Assembly (NCBI GenBank): GCA_964642015.1
Contig: CAZXLF010000002.1
Location: forward strand, 223,678 to 287,677
From: an uncultured Planctomycetia bacterium
GTDB taxonomy: Bacteria > Omnitrophota > Gorgyraeia > 2-02-FULL-51-18
Reading direction: 5' to 3'
DNA length: 64,000 bases
The translations under genes and the position numbers were made by a program. Positions 51,404-64,000 of this stretch are shown piece after piece. A model generated the notes under the pieces. That model was not told the DNA's origin, made no database searches, and worked only from the letters and a program-made list of their open reading frames with translations. Each line of letters starts with the position of its first letter. Within the stretch, counting starts at the first letter, position 1.

Positions 51404-51874
51404 ATGAGAAGAAGGACAGCATTAAGACGGGAAGTGATTCCCGATCCAAAATTTAATAATAAAACCATATCCCGCTTTGTCAATATGTTGATGGAAGACG
51501 GAAAGAAATGGAATGCCGAAAAGATCGTTTACGGATCGCTGGATATTGTTGTTCAAAAAACACAAAAGAGCGACGCCATCGAAGTTTTGAATAAAGCGAT
51601 CGATAATGTGCGCCCTCTTTTGGAACTTAAATCCCGCCGCGTCGGCGGCGCAACCTATCAGATTCCTGTTGAAGTACGCGGAGATCGCGGTGCTTCATTG
51701 GCTTTGCGATGGATCAGAAATGCCGCGCGCGGACGCAAAGGCAAACCGATGCAACAACGTCTGGCGGATGAAATTTTAGATGCATACAACGGTCAAGGAA
51801 CGGCTGTTAAAAAGAGAGAAGAGATCCACAAGATGGCCGAGGCGAACCGTGCCTTCAGTCATTATAGGTGGTAA
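51404..51874 (+). CDS. rpsG: 30S ribosomal protein S7
   Basis: SRRVGGATYQIP and HKMAEANRAFSHYRW. Confidence 0.98.
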   Translation: MRRRTALRREVIPDPKFNNKTISRFVNMLMEDGKKWNAEKIVYGSLDIVVQKTQKSDAIEVLNKAIDNVRPLLELKSRRVGGATYQIPVEVRGDRGASLALRWIRNAARGRKGKPMQQRLADEILDAYNGQGTAVKKREEIHKMAEANRAFSHYRW

Positions 51875-51886
51875 AGAAATTTTAAA

Positions 51887-53992
<2,106 letters not shown>

Positions 53993-54007
53993 TTAAGGAG
54001 AGAAAGA

Positions 54008-55198
54008 ATGTCCAAAGAAAAATTCGAACGCACTAAACCTCACGTCAATATCGGAACCATCGGCCACGTAGATCACGGCAAGACGACTCTCACCGCAGCC
54101 ATCACCACGGTATTGTCCAAGAAAGGTTTAGCCGAAGCCCGTGCATTCGATACGATCGATAACGCCCCTGAGGAAAGAGAAAGAGGTATCACGATCGCAG
54201 TCTCTCACGTGGAATACCAGACAGAAAAGCGCCATTACGCGCACGTGGATTGCCCGGGTCATGCGGACTATATCAAGAACATGATCACCGGAGCCGCCCA
54301 GATGGACGGAGCCATTCTCGTAGTATCTGCTGCGGACGGCCCGATGCCTCAGACAAGAGAGCATATCCTTCTAGCCCGTCAAGTTGGTGTTCCCGCCATC
54401 GTTGTTTTCTTAAATAAATGCGATACCGTAGATGACAAAGAACTTTTAGACCTGGTTGAAGTTGAAGTAAGAGAACTTCTTACAAAATACCAATTCCCCG
54501 GAGACAAGATCCCCGTTATCCGTGGATCCGCCTTAAACGCTTTGAATAACCCCACAGATCCCAAGCACAACCAATGCATCATGGACTTAATGAAGGCCGT
54601 TGATGATTATGTTCCCACACCCAAGAGAGAGGTTGATAAACCATTCCTCATGCCTGTGGAAGACGTATTCTCGATCACAGGAAGAGGCACCGTCGGGACA
54701 GGCCGTATTGAAAGAGGTGCTTGCAAGGTAGGAGATGAAGTCGAAGTGGTAGGTATTCACCCCACTAAGAAAACCGTCATCACCGGTATTGAAATGTTCC
54801 GTAAGCTCCTAGATGATGGCCAAGCCGGAGATAACGTCGGCCTTCTTCTAAGAGGTATTGAAAAGAACCAATTAGAAAGAGGCCAAGTCCTTGCTAAGCC
54901 GGCCTCTATCACTCCTCACACCAAGTTTAAAGGTGAAGTCTACATCCTCACCAAAGAAGAGGGAGGCAGACACACCGCCTTCTTTAACGGTTACAAACCA
55001 CAGTTTTATTTTAGAACAACAGACGTGACAGGCATTATCCAGCTCCCCAAAGACGTTGAGATGGTCATGCCCGGAGATTCCGTCACCGTCACCGCAGAAC
55101 TCATCACTCCGATCGCGATGGAGAAGGAACTCAGATTCGCCATCCGTGAAGGCGGCCGTACTGTCGGCGCCGGAGTCATCTCGGAGATATTGGGGTAA
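54008..55198 (+). CDS. tuf: Elongation factor Tu, copy 2
   Basis: Protein identical to copy 1. Confidence 0.99.
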   Translation: MSKEKFERTKPHVNIGTIGHVDHGKTTLTAAITTVLSKKGLAEARAFDTIDNAPEERERGITIAVSHVEYQTEKRHYAHVDCPGHADYIKNMITGAAQMDGAILVVSAADGPMPQTREHILLARQVGVPAIVVFLNKCDTVDDKELLDLVEVEVRELLTKYQFPGDKIPVIRGSALNALNNPTDPKHNQCIMDLMKAVDDYVPTPKREVDKPFLMPVEDVFSITGRGTVGTGRIERGACKVGDEVEVVGIHPTKKTVITGIEMFRKLLDDGQAGDNVGLLLRGIEKNQLERGQVLAKPASITPHTKFKGEVYILTKEEGGRHTAFFNGYKPQFYFRTTDVTGIIQLPKDVEMVMPGDSVTVTAELITPIAMEKELRFAIREGGRTVGAGVISEILG

Positions 55199-55200
55199 TT

Positions 55201-55515
55201 ATGGCGACCGTCGGACAGCAAAAGATCAGGATCAGACTCAAAGCGTATGATCACCGTGTTCTCGATCAGTCCGCTCTTGAGATCGTGGATACAGCAAAGA
55301 GGACCGGCGCGAAAGTTTCAGGACCGATCCCTTTACCGACGGATTGTGAACTGATTACCGTGAACCGTTCACCCGTTATTGATAAAAAGTCACGCGAACA
55401 ATTTTTTATAAAGACACATAAAAGATTGTTGGACATTTTGAATCCTACAGCAAAAACCATTGATGCCTTAAGAAAGTTGGATCTTCCAGCGGGCGTGGAT
55501 GTGGAGATAAAGTAA
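55201..55515 (+). CDS. rpsJ: 30S ribosomal protein S10
   Basis: [18 protein letters not shown] and KSREQF. Confidence 0.98.
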   Translation: MATVGQQKIRIRLKAYDHRVLDQSALEIVDTAKRTGAKVSGPIPLPTDCELITVNRSPVIDKKSREQFFIKTHKRLLDILNPTAKTIDALRKLDLPAGVDVEIK

Positions 55516-56243
55516 TGTTGGCAATTTTAGGAAAAAAAATAGGCATGACGCAGTATATCAATAAGGAAGGCGCGCTTATTCCTGCGACAGTCCTTGAAGC
55601 GGGTCCCTGTATCGTGACGGATCTTAAGAATCCCGAGAAGCACGGCTATAAAGCGGCCCAAATTGGTTATGGCGATATCAAAGAAAAACATGTCAGCAAA
55701 GCGATCAAGACGAGTTTTGAGAAGAAGAAGCTTCCTCTAAAGCGCTGGCTCAAAGAGGTTCGTCTGACGCCACAGGAAAATTATGAGCTTGGACAAGAGA
55801 TCAAGGCGGATGTATTCAAGGCCGGCGACATTGTCGACGTTCAGGGCACTTCGATCGGTAAAGGTTTTGCCGGCGGTATGAAGCGTTGGCATTGGAAAGG
55901 CGGGCCCGGAAGTCATGGTTCAATGTTCCATCGCCGTATCGGATCTGCGGGCGCAAGCTCTTTTCCTTCACGTTCATGGCCCGGCCACAGAATGCCTGGA
56001 CATTTGGGCAATGTGACAAAAACATCGCAAAATTTGGAAGTCCTGAAAGTTGACGGCGGAAAAAATTTGATCTTGGTAAAAGGTTCGGTCCCCGGCGGCG
56101 ACGAAGGACTTCTGTTTATCCGAAGATCGCTCAAGAAGCCCGAGGGAGTTAAAGTCAAAGTAGTCGCCAAGGTCAGCGATAAGAAGAAAGATCCGTTGAA
56201 GGCCAGCAAGCAAGCGGCGGCCGGCGGCGGTAAGAAAAAGTAA
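55515..56243 (+). CDS. rplC: 50S ribosomal protein L3
   Basis: [14 protein letters not shown] and KGSVPG; Lys-rich C-terminal tail. Confidence 0.97.
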   Translation: MLAILGKKIGMTQYINKEGALIPATVLEAGPCIVTDLKNPEKHGYKAAQIGYGDIKEKHVSKAIKTSFEKKKLPLKRWLKEVRLTPQENYELGQEIKADVFKAGDIVDVQGTSIGKGFAGGMKRWHWKGGPGSHGSMFHRRIGSAGASSFPSRSWPGHRMPGHLGNVTKTSQNLEVLKVDGGKNLILVKGSVPGGDEGLLFIRRSLKKPEGVKVKVVAKVSDKKKDPLKASKQAAAGGGKKK

Positions 56244-56254
56244 GCAGGTAGCAA

Positions 56255-57028
56255 ATGCCCGAGAGACGAAAGAAAAAAAATTTAAAGAGCACTAAACATC
56301 ATCTTGCTCGCAAGAAAACGGCGAAGCACGCGGAAAAAAAGCCAGCGAAGGTTAAAAAAGTCAAAACTGTAAAAACCGCCGGTGAATCTAAGGTTAAGGT
56401 TCACGATGGATCGCTTTCTATATTTGATTTGAATGGCAAACAACAGGAAACTTTGGCGATCGATCCTATCTTTCACGATGGCGCTGTGAATACGGATGTG
56501 ATCTATCAGGCTGTTTTGATGTATCAAGCCGGTCAGCGCGAAGGCACAGCCGCGACCAAGGACAGAGGCCATGTGAGCGGTGGCGGAAAAAAACCCTGGA
56601 AACAAAAGGGTACTGGTCAGGCAAGACATGGATCGAGACGTTCGCCGATTTGGCGTCATGGCGGAGTGACTTTCGGTCCGATGCCCAGAGATTATTCTTA
56701 TGCAATACCACTGCAGGTTCGCCGCCGTGCAGTGGTTGAGGGTGTGAAGGATAAAGTCGTTAACGGCAAGCTGATATTGGTAAAGGATCTACAGCTTAAT
56801 GCACCCAAAACAAAATTAATGGCTAATTTACTGGATGTATTTAAGCTGGAAAAACCTTTGTTTTTGGTGCAGCAAAAAACAGAAAATCTGATGTTAGCAT
56901 CAAGGAATATTCCGGGAGTTTCTGTGAAAACCGATAGCGAAGTCAACGCGCTCGATGTTGTTTCTCATAGGGAATGCGTGATGACAAAGGCCGCCTATAC
57001 GGGGCTGGTGAAAAGGTTGAAGCAATGA
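56255..57028 (+). CDS. rplD: 50S ribosomal protein L4 with an N-terminal Lys-rich extension
   Basis: GGGKKPWKQKGTGQARHGS and GGVTFGP. Confidence 0.96.
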   Translation: MPERRKKKNLKSTKHHLARKKTAKHAEKKPAKVKKVKTVKTAGESKVKVHDGSLSIFDLNGKQQETLAIDPIFHDGAVNTDVIYQAVLMYQAGQREGTAATKDRGHVSGGGKKPWKQKGTGQARHGSRRSPIWRHGGVTFGPMPRDYSYAIPLQVRRRAVVEGVKDKVVNGKLILVKDLQLNAPKTKLMANLLDVFKLEKPLFLVQQKTENLMLASRNIPGVSVKTDSEVNALDVVSHRECVMTKAAYTGLVKRLKQ

Positions 57029-57303
57029 ACACAGCGCATACGATACTTAATTCGCTTTTAAGAACTGAAAAAGGTGTGCTTCAATCGGCGTCCGATAAAT
57101 ATTTCTTTTCTGTCAAAAAGAACGCAAATAAGATTCAGATCAAGAAGGCGGTCGAGGATATTTACAAGGTCAAGGTCGAGAGCGTTAACACTCAGGTGAT
57201 GCCGGGCAAGCTTAAAAGAGTGCGTTATCAGTTAGGCAGGACACCGGATTGGAAAAAGGCCGTCGTCACGCTCAAAGAAGGCCAAAAGATCGATCTAGCA
57301 TAA
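57025..57303 (+). CDS. rplW: 50S ribosomal protein L23
   Basis: [14 protein letters not shown] and WKKAVVTL; start set at ATG 57025. Confidence 0.95.
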   Translation: MNTAHTILNSLLRTEKGVLQSASDKYFFSVKKNANKIQIKKAVEDIYKVKVESVNTQVMPGKLKRVRYQLGRTPDWKKAVVTLKEGQKIDLA

Positions 57304-57313
57304 GGGATTAGAA

Positions 57314-58147
57314 ATGGGAAACAAAACATTCAGATCATTTACACCATCGCTTCGTTGGACAGCAATCTCGGATTTTTCTGAGCTTTCTCCGAAGCATAAG
57401 AAGCCCGAGAAATCGCTGACCGAGAATTTAAGAGGTTCGGGCGGGCGTAATTCCCACGGCCGCATGACTTCTCGCCGCCGCGGAGGCGGACACAAAAAGA
57501 ATTACCGCATCATTGATTTTAAAAGAGATAAAACAGGCATTGATGGAAAAGTGATATCGGTGGAATATGACCCAAACCGTACAGCGCGCATTGCCTTGAT
57601 CCAATATCCCGATCAGGAAAAGCGTTATATTCTGGCTCCGGTCGGATTGACAGTAGGCATGACTGTTTCGAGTGGACCGAACGCGGAAATTCAACCCGGG
57701 AACGCATTGCCTATCCGTTCAATTCCGCTTGGTACGCAGCTTCACAATCTGGAATTGAGACTGAATGGCGGCGGTCAAATGGTGCGTACGGCTGGCGGTT
57801 ATGCGATCCTGATGGCGAAAGAAGGCGATTTTGCGCATGTGCGTCTGCCTTCAGGTGAGGTGCGGCTTATCCATTTGGATTGCTACGCATCAGTAGGGCA
57901 AGTTGGAAATATTGATCACGAAAATCTTTCTTTGGGTAAAGCCGGGCGTAATCGCTGGCTGGGACGCAGACCCGCTTCACGCGCTCTTGCGAAAAATCCA
58001 GTGGATCATCCGATGGGTGGTGGAGAAGGTAAATCATCCGGCGGAAGACAGCCGACCTCGCGCAACGGACAGTTTGCCAAAGGCTTAAAAACTCGTATTA
58101 AAAAGAAGCCAAGTTCTAAATATATTGTAACAGGGAGACCTCGATGA
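57314..58147 (+). CDS. rplB: 50S ribosomal protein L2
   Basis: [14 protein letters not shown] and [12 protein letters not shown]. Confidence 0.98.
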   Translation: MGNKTFRSFTPSLRWTAISDFSELSPKHKKPEKSLTENLRGSGGRNSHGRMTSRRRGGGHKKNYRIIDFKRDKTGIDGKVISVEYDPNRTARIALIQYPDQEKRYILAPVGLTVGMTVSSGPNAEIQPGNALPIRSIPLGTQLHNLELRLNGGGQMVRTAGGYAILMAKEGDFAHVRLPSGEVRLIHLDCYASVGQVGNIDHENLSLGKAGRNRWLGRRPASRALAKNPVDHPMGGGEGKSSGGRQPTSRNGQFAKGLKTRIKKKPSSKYIVTGRPR

Positions 58148-58428
58148 GCCGCTCGATCAGCAAGGGGCCTTACGTTGATGAAAAATTATTGAAAAAAGTG
58201 ACGGCTATGCAAAAGATCCGTGACCGCAAACCGATCAAGACCTGGTCCAGACGATCCACCGTGACGCCGGAATTCGTTGGTTTGACGATGATGATCCACA
58301 ACGGAAAGAGTTTTATCCCCACTTTTATTACGGAAAATATGGTTGGCCACAAGCTGGGAGAATTTGCGGCTACGCGCACATTCAAGAAGCACGGCGGCAT
58401 CACAAAGATGACGACGGAGCTCACATAA
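58144..58428 (+). CDS. rpsS: 30S ribosomal protein S19
   Basis: KTWSRRS and MVGHKLGEF. Confidence 0.98.
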   Translation: MSRSISKGPYVDEKLLKKVTAMQKIRDRKPIKTWSRRSTVTPEFVGLTMMIHNGKSFIPTFITENMVGHKLGEFAATRTFKKHGGITKMTTELT

Positions 58429-58439
58429 GAAGAGATTTT

Positions 58440-58859
58440 ATGATATCAAAAGCATCTGCAAAATTTGTGAGGATTTCGCCAAGAAAAGTGCGGTATGTCA
58501 TTGACCTTATTCGCAAGAAAAAGGTCTCTGATGCGCATGGCATTTTGAACGGATCACCGAGGCGTGCGCGTGAAATCGTAATTAAGCTTTTGAATCAAGC
58601 GGTGGACGCAGCCGTTAAAAATTCACAGGCGGATATAAAAAATCTGTATGTTTCACGTGTGACCGCTGATGGCGGACCGAGTATGCGTCGATTCCGCGCA
58701 GCCAGCATGGGACGCGCTTCGACCATCCGTAAAAGGACCAGCCACATTCATTTGGAACTGGACCTTATCAATAAAAACGCAGTATCTGCTGTACCGCCGG
58801 CGCAAACTGATAAAAAGCCGGTAAAAAAAATAGTTAAAAAACTTGTAGGAGCCAAATAA
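58440..58859 (+). CDS. rplV: 50S ribosomal protein L22
   Basis: RISPRKVR and IRKRTSHI. Confidence 0.97.
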   Translation: MISKASAKFVRISPRKVRYVIDLIRKKKVSDAHGILNGSPRRAREIVIKLLNQAVDAAVKNSQADIKNLYVSRVTADGGPSMRRFRAASMGRASTIRKRTSHIHLELDLINKNAVSAVPPAQTDKKPVKKIVKKLVGAK

Positions 58860-59578
58860 TGGGCCAAAAAGTACATCCGACCAGCTTTAGATTAGGATAT
58901 ATCAAGACGTGGAGTTCGCGATGGTATGCGAACAAGAAAGATTTTTCCAGATTTTTACACGAAGATGTGAAAGTGAGGAAACATGTCCTCAAAGCTTTTA
59001 ATCAAGCTGCGATAGCCAAGGTTGAGATAGAAAGAGCCAGCGATAAGATACGCGTAAATATTCATACTGCCAGACCCGGTGTTATTATCGGCAGAAAAGG
59101 TGCGGATATCGATCGTCTTCGCGAGGATTTGCAGGGCATCACAGGGAACAAAGAGATCCATATTAACATCAAAGAGATCAAGAATCCGTCGATCGATGCT
59201 CAGTTAATATCTGAGAATGTGGCGCTTCAGCTGGAAAAAAGAATTGCGTTCCGCCGGGCGATGAAAAAGGCGATCCAGCAGGCGTTAGACAGCGGAGCCA
59301 AAGGCATTAAGATTCAGACCAAGGGACGTCTAGCCGGTTCTGAAATTGCGCGCGCCGAAGGTTATTTGGAGGGCAAAGTGCCTCTTCACACATTGAGAGC
59401 CGACATTGACTACGGTTTTGCCGAATCTCAGACCACGTACGGCAAAATCGGCGTTAAAGTGCTCGTATATAAAGGTGATATTATCCAGAAGAAGCAAGAT
59501 ATGGCCGAAAAACGCGAAGAAATTGCTGAAACGGCCGATAAGGAAACCGCGGAGACCAGCCATGCTCTTGATGCCTAA
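58859..59578 (+). CDS. rpsC: 30S ribosomal protein S3
   Basis: [17 protein letters not shown] and [11 protein letters not shown]. Confidence 0.98.
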   Translation: MGQKVHPTSFRLGYIKTWSSRWYANKKDFSRFLHEDVKVRKHVLKAFNQAAIAKVEIERASDKIRVNIHTARPGVIIGRKGADIDRLREDLQGITGNKEIHINIKEIKNPSIDAQLISENVALQLEKRIAFRRAMKKAIQQALDSGAKGIKIQTKGRLAGSEIARAEGYLEGKVPLHTLRADIDYGFAESQTTYGKIGVKVLVYKGDIIQKKQDMAEKREEIAETADKETAETSHALDA

Positions 59579-59978
59579 ACGCGTCAAATACCGCAAGACA
59601 CAACGCGGCCGTAGAAAAGGCAAAGCTCAAAGAGGCAATCAGTTGAGCTATGGTGAGTTTGGTTTACAGGTTTTGCAGAACGGCTGGCTTACCAATATTG
59701 AGATCGAAGCCGCACGCGTGGCTATTTCAAGAAATGTGAAGCTCGGCAAGGTTTATATACGCGCTTATCCTGATAAGCCCGTAACCAAAAAGCCCGCTGA
59801 AACGCGTATGGGTAAAGGCAAAGGCATGGTCGAGTTTTGGGTTTCGGTGGTGAAGAGGGGCAAGATCCTCTTCGAGGTTGAGGGATTACCGGAAGAGATC
59901 GCAAAGGAATCTATGCGTTTGGCGGCAACCAAACTATCGCTCCCGACTCGTTTTGTATCAAGGAAGGGAATGATATGA
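59562..59978 (+). CDS. rplP: 50S ribosomal protein L16
   Basis: [12 protein letters not shown] and ETRMGKGKG; start at ATG 59562. Confidence 0.96.
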   Translation: MLLMPKRVKYRKTQRGRRKGKAQRGNQLSYGEFGLQVLQNGWLTNIEIEAARVAISRNVKLGKVYIRAYPDKPVTKKPAETRMGKGKGMVEFWVSVVKRGKILFEVEGLPEEIAKESMRLAATKLSLPTRFVSRKGMI

Positions 59979-60166
59979 GCCGCGTGAAAGCCAAAGATTT
60001 GAGAGGGTTGAGTTCATTAGAGCTTGATCAGAAAAAGAACGCTCTTGAAAAGGACCTTTTTGAGTTGAGACAAAAGAAGGCTGCGGGAACGCTTGAGAAA
60101 CCGCACCAGTTTAAAGTGATCCGGCGCCAGATAGCGCAGATCAATACGGTCAAGAGGGAAAAATAA
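59975..60166 (+). CDS. rpmC: 50S ribosomal protein L29
   Basis: KAKDLR, LFELR and RRQIAQINT; operon position. Confidence 0.93.
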   Translation: MSRVKAKDLRGLSSLELDQKKNALEKDLFELRQKKAAGTLEKPHQFKVIRRQIAQINTVKREK

Positions 60167-60167
60167 A

Positions 60168-60503
60168 ATGCCGGTAACAGCAGTCAGAGAAAATTTCAGA
60201 AAAAAAAGGGTAGGCATCGTTTTGGGTAATAAGATGAAAAAAACGATCGTTGTGCAGATCAAACAGAAAGCGCTGCACCCTCTTTATGGAAAGGTCATTG
60301 AGAAAGCGACCAAGTTCAAAGTGCACGATGAAAAGAATGAGGCTCAGGTAGGCGATAAGGTCCGCATCGAGGAAACGCGCCCGCTATCAAAAGATAAGCG
60401 GTGGAGACTCATTCAAATATTGAGCCATGGACATGCCAAATCTGCGGATGATATTAAAGAAGCGCCGGGAGTTGTGGCAAAGGGTCAAGTTAAAGGAAAT
60501 TAA
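60168..60503 (+). CDS. rpsQ: 30S ribosomal protein S17
   Basis: [14 protein letters not shown] and [11 protein letters not shown]. Confidence 0.97.
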   Translation: MPVTAVRENFRKKRVGIVLGNKMKKTIVVQIKQKALHPLYGKVIEKATKFKVHDEKNEAQVGDKVRIEETRPLSKDKRWRLIQILSHGHAKSADDIKEAPGVVAKGQVKGN

Positions 60504-60505
60504 AC

Positions 60506-60874
60506 ATGATCAGGATGAGGACGTTATTAGACGTTGCAGATAATACGGGAGCCAAAAAGGCCTCGTGTATCGGTGTGATGGGCCGTTCAGGTCGTCTGAT
60601 AGCGGAAGTGGGTGATATTATCAGCGCCAATGTCAAGGAAGTCACCGCGGACGCTTCTGTAAAAAAAGGTGAGGTGGTCAAAGCCGTTGTGGTGCGGACA
60701 AAGAACAAGATCCGCCGTCCTGACGGAACCTCACTTCGTTTTGACACAAATGCGCTCGTGATCATTGATACGCAAAAGAATCCGCGCGGAACCCGGGTTT
60801 TTGGACCTGTGCCCAGGGAATTGCGCGACAAAGGTTTTATGAAGATTATTTCCTTAGCGCCGGAGGTTATTTAA
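60506..60874 (+). CDS. rplN: 50S ribosomal protein L14
   Basis: [16 protein letters not shown] and IISLAPEVI. Confidence 0.98.
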   Translation: MIRMRTLLDVADNTGAKKASCIGVMGRSGRLIAEVGDIISANVKEVTADASVKKGEVVKAVVVRTKNKIRRPDGTSLRFDTNALVIIDTQKNPRGTRVFGPVPRELRDKGFMKIISLAPEVI

Positions 60875-60876
60875 AA

Positions 60877-61194
60877 ATGAGTTTGGGGATCAAGAAGGGT
60901 GATAAAGTATTTGTTTTGGCCGGAAAAGATAAGGGCAAAACCGCCCGTGTTATTTATATCTATCCCAAGACCAACCGCGCGCTTGTTGAAGGCATTAACA
61001 TGGCAAAAAAACACTTAAGAAAAAGCCAGCAGAATCCTCAGGGGGGTATTGTGAATCGGGAAACCACGATCCATATCTCAAATTTGGGCCTATTATGCCC
61101 CGTATCCGGAAAACCGACCCGCATCAAAATGGCTGTGGCCGGCGATGGTTCTAAACAAAGATTATCAGCAAAAAATAAGGCGGTGATCGGTTAA
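60877..61194 (+). CDS. rplX: 50S ribosomal protein L24
   Basis: IKKGDKV..GKDKGK, VEGIN and IHISN. Confidence 0.97.
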   Translation: MSLGIKKGDKVFVLAGKDKGKTARVIYIYPKTNRALVEGINMAKKHLRKSQQNPQGGIVNRETTIHISNLGLLCPVSGKPTRIKMAVAGDGSKQRLSAKNKAVIG

Positions 61195-61195
61195 C

Positions 61196-61795
61196 ATGGC
61201 GAATACGACGGCGACATTCCAAGAAATATACACAAAACAGATCGTTCCGCAGCTGGTCAAAAAGTTTGGATACAAGAACGCTCTCCAGGCTCCCCGACTT
61301 CAGAAGATCGTTGTCAATATGGGCGTGGGCAAAGGCGCTGAAGATATCAAGATCGTCGAAGCGGCCCAGCAGGAGTTAACAATGATCACCGGTCAACGCG
61401 CCGTTATTACGCGCGCCAAAAAGGCTATTTCAAATTTTAAGATCAGGGAAAATTCTCCGATCGGCTGTAAGGTGACTTTAAGAAAAAGAACGATGTATGA
61501 ATTCTTCGAAAGACTCGTGCGTGTGGCTCTGCCGCGCATCAGGGATTTTCGCGGGATCAGTCCCAGAGGTTTTGATGAGGCGGGGAATTATACGTTCGGG
61601 CTTCAGGAGCAGAACATTTTCCCCGAGATAGAGACCGATCGTATCGTGCGTGCTCAAGGGATGGATATCACGTTCGTGATCCGTTCCAGATCGAGAGCGG
61701 AATCGTATGAGCTTTTAAGTCTTTTTGGAATGCCTTTCAGAACAAAAACAGAGAAACCCGCGGCTCAGCAGGCAGTCCAAGCCGTACAAGTTTAA
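61196..61795 (+). CDS. rplE: 50S ribosomal protein L5
   Basis: KIVVNMGVG, GCKVTLR, LPRIRDFRG and GMDIT. Confidence 0.98.
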   Translation: MANTTATFQEIYTKQIVPQLVKKFGYKNALQAPRLQKIVVNMGVGKGAEDIKIVEAAQQELTMITGQRAVITRAKKAISNFKIRENSPIGCKVTLRKRTMYEFFERLVRVALPRIRDFRGISPRGFDEAGNYTFGLQEQNIFPEIETDRIVRAQGMDITFVIRSRSRAESYELLSLFGMPFRTKTEKPAAQQAVQAVQV

Positions 61796-61804
61796 GGAAA
61801 TACA

Positions 61805-61990
61805 ATGGCTAAATTATCATTGATGCTGAAACAACAAAGACCGCCGAAATTCAAGACGCAAGCTTACAATCGCTGTGTACAATGCGGAAAGACGCGCGGC
61901 TATTATAGGAAATTCAAACTTTGCAGGATTTGTTTTAGGGAAATGGCTTCGAAGGGAGAGATCCCCGGCGTCATTAAAGCAAGCTGGTAA
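61805..61990 (+). CDS. rpsN: 30S ribosomal protein S14 type Z
   Basis: [14 protein letters not shown] and IPGVIKASW. Confidence 0.97.
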   Translation: MAKLSLMLKQQRPPKFKTQAYNRCVQCGKTRGYYRKFKLCRICFREMASKGEIPGVIKASW

Positions 61991-62015
61991 ACACAATTTT
62001 TAAAGGAAAAAATAA

Positions 62016-62414
62016 ATGGCATTAACAGATCCGATAGCAGATGGGCTTACGATGATCCGAAACGCGAACCGCGCGAAAAAGGACCGCCTGGATATTCCGG
62101 CCTCATCTCTGATGACCCAAATATTGAAGATACTGAAGCAGGAAAAATTCATTTACGATTACCGTCTTATCGAAGACAAAAAGCAGGGCATCTTGCGCGT
62201 TTATCTGAGAAAAACCAACGAGGCCGTGAGAGTGATTAATCGCATCCAAAGGGTTTCAAGGCCTGGTTTAAGGATTTACACGAAAAAAGAAAGCATACCG
62301 ACTGTTTTGAACGGTCTTGGCGTCTGCGTTCTTTCGACGCCTCAGGGTGTGCTTTCAGGTGAAGAAGCTAAGCGCCGTAATGTTGGCGGTGAAGTACTGT
62401 TGAAGGTTTGGTGA
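62016..62414 (+). CDS. rpsH: 30S ribosomal protein S8
   Basis: TDPIAD, SRPGLRIY and GGEVL. Confidence 0.97.
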   Translation: MALTDPIADGLTMIRNANRAKKDRLDIPASSLMTQILKILKQEKFIYDYRLIEDKKQGILRVYLRKTNEAVRVINRIQRVSRPGLRIYTKKESIPTVLNGLGVCVLSTPQGVLSGEEAKRRNVGGEVLLKVW

Positions 62415-62417
62415 AGC

Positions 62418-62957
62418 ATGTCACGCATCGGAAAAAAACCCATAGAGATCCCGAAAGGTGTCAAGCTCTCTGTCGCTAATCAGGATATTCATGTTGAAGG
62501 TCCTAAGGGGAAATTGCAATTTAAAATGAGCTCTCGAGTCAAGGCAAGTGTTAAAGATAACCTTGTGACTTTCGAACGTCTGACGAATCAAAAGACCGAC
62601 GGAGCACTTCAAGGTACGGCCCGCAGTGTGGTCGCCAATATGATCAAAGGTGTCACGGACGGTTTTTCAAAAGAACTAGCCATTGAAGGTGTTGGGTTTA
62701 AAGCACAGGTGCAGGGCAAGCAGCTGAATTTGTCGCTTGGCTTCACGCATCCGGTTATATTTGATGTGCCCGAAGGACTTGTTGTTGAATCCCCAAAGCC
62801 GACACAAGTTCTTGTCAAAGGCATCGATAAGGTCAAGGTCGGGCATTTCGCCGCCAAGATAAGGAAAGTTTATGAAGCTGAACCTTACAAAGGCAAGGGC
62901 GTTCGGTATTTGGGCGAAAATGTCAGACGCAAAGCCGGAAAGACGGTAACAAAATAA
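62418..62957 (+). CDS. rplF: 50S ribosomal protein L6
   Basis: MSRIGKKPI and EPYKGKGVRY. Confidence 0.98.
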   Translation: MSRIGKKPIEIPKGVKLSVANQDIHVEGPKGKLQFKMSSRVKASVKDNLVTFERLTNQKTDGALQGTARSVVANMIKGVTDGFSKELAIEGVGFKAQVQGKQLNLSLGFTHPVIFDVPEGLVVESPKPTQVLVKGIDKVKVGHFAAKIRKVYEAEPYKGKGVRYLGENVRRKAGKTVTK

Positions 62958-63331
62958 TGCTATCTAAAAATCGAGTAAAATCAAACCGCATTATCAGACA
63001 TTTTAGAATCAGAAAAAGAGTCCGCGGCAATTCGGAGCGTCCGCGCTTGAGCGTGTATCCGAGTATCCAGCATCTGGAAGCTCAGATCATTAATGATTAT
63101 GAGCAAAAAACGCTGGTCGGTCTTTCGACCAAAGCTAAGGAATTCAAAAAAATCTCAGGACTCAAGACCGGCGGGAATGTGGCGGCCGCGGTGCATTTCG
63201 GTAAGTTTGTGGCCGAGCGTGCCAAAGCCAAAGGGATCAAACAAGTGGTTTTTGACAGAGGCGGCTTTTTGTATCATGGCAGGATCAAGGCGTTCGCTGA
63301 TGCCGCCAGAGAGCAAGGGCTTTCATTTTAA
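62957..63331 (+). CDS. rplR: 50S ribosomal protein L18
   Basis: RPRLSV and VVFDRGGFLYHGRIKA. Confidence 0.97.
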   Translation: MLSKNRVKSNRIIRHFRIRKRVRGNSERPRLSVYPSIQHLEAQIINDYEQKTLVGLSTKAKEFKKISGLKTGGNVAAAVHFGKFVAERAKAKGIKQVVFDRGGFLYHGRIKAFADAAREQGLSF

Positions 63332-63348
63332 TTTTAAAAAAAAGGTAG

Positions 63349-63969
63349 TTGAAAGTGGAAAATAAAGAATTCAAATCTAAATCCAAAACAAAAATGGTCG
63401 AAAAATCCGACGCATTGGGTGTATCGCTTAACCAGGCTGCTGTAGTGGCGGTTACCGAAGAAGTCGTGGCGCAGGTCAAAGCTCCCAGGCCGGGTCGTCC
63501 GCAGAAAAAATCTTTCAAGCAGGATGTTCCGCAGGAATTCGTCGAGAAAGTCGTTACGGTCAATCGCGTGGCGAAAGTGGTTAAGGGTGGAAAAAGATTT
63601 TCATTCAGCGCCCTCGTGGTGGTGGGCGATTTGAAAGGACGTGTCGGGTTCGCGCTCGGAAAGGCCAACGAGGTCCAAGACGCGATCCGTAAAGGTATTT
63701 TTCAAGCCAAGAAAAATTTGTTCAAAGTTCCCTTGAAAGGTACTACGATCCCTCATGAAGTTATTGGTCATTTTGGCGCTGCCAAAGTATTGATGAAGCC
63801 AGCGCTTCCGGGAACGGGCGTTATATCCGGAGGCGCAGTTCGCGCGATCTGTGAATCTGTAGGCATTAAAGATATTTTGACCAAATCTTTAGGTTCGGAT
63901 AATTCCATGAATGTGGTGCGGGCCACTGCCGATGGATTGATGAAATTAATAGGTACAGCCAATGCTTAA
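63349..63969 (+). CDS. rpsE: 30S ribosomal protein S5 with an N-terminal extension
   Basis: [16 protein letters not shown] and PGTGVISGG; start uncertain (63349, 63355 or 63394). Confidence 0.96.
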   Translation: MKVENKEFKSKSKTKMVEKSDALGVSLNQAAVVAVTEEVVAQVKAPRPGRPQKKSFKQDVPQEFVEKVVTVNRVAKVVKGGKRFSFSALVVVGDLKGRVGFALGKANEVQDAIRKGIFQAKKNLFKVPLKGTTIPHEVIGHFGAAKVLMKPALPGTGVISGGAVRAICESVGIKDILTKSLGSDNSMNVVRATADGLMKLIGTANA

Positions 63970-64000
63970 TAGGCTCAAACGTCCAAAGAACATTATTAAA
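63962..64000 (+). CDS. rplO: Probable 50S ribosomal protein L15, N-terminus only (truncated by window edge)
   Basis: [13 protein letters not shown] resembles the L15 start; ATG overlaps the rpsE end. Confidence 0.55.
   Translation, partial: MLNRLKRPKNIIK

Noticed and set aside
59406-59561. Long N-terminal extensions given by the ORF track for rplP (also prmC, rpsP, glyS, rplW)
   Set aside because: They overlap upstream genes or spacers; downstream ATGs match the family N-termini.

Overview
Core-genome window of a diderm bacterium. Gene order, the porin family and the absence of rimM and rpmD at their usual loci suggest the PVC superphylum, plausibly Omnitrophota; this is inference, not a database result. 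Nearly all genes are on the + strand, in this order: glgA(partial)-coaE-rho-rpmE-prfA-prmC-murA-rpsP-trmD-rplS-rnhB-guaA; a degenerate PD-(D/E)XK protein; dnaE; HU/IHF; hisS-aspS-ybeY-dgkA/PAP2-DUF502-recO-glyQS-ppdK; an alternative sigma70; tRNA-Arg; an outer-membrane beta-barrel; ino1 (the only - strand gene I support); ftsH-folP-cdaA-cdaR-pdxJ-acpS-nnrD; an interrupted tRNA Thr-Tyr-Gly-Thr-tuf cluster; then rpmG-secE-nusG-rplKAJL-rpoBC and the str, S10 and spc ribosomal operons. I saw no transposase, integrase, prophage or CRISPR array. Most interesting signals: (1) the sigma-factor stop codon lies inside tRNA-Arg(CCT), so tRNA 5' processing would leave a non-stop mRNA; (2) a ~146-bp structured element bounded by a duplicated tRNA-Tyr 3' end; (3) a short intergenic element present twice in opposite orientation; (4) Ino1 plus a PIP-synthase-like enzyme, suggesting inositol lipids; (5) a probably catalytically dead nuclease next to a DnaE with a degenerate PHP site; (6) a secreted protein with 30-aa repeats. 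RNA folds and GC values were obtained by eye and need computational confirmation.
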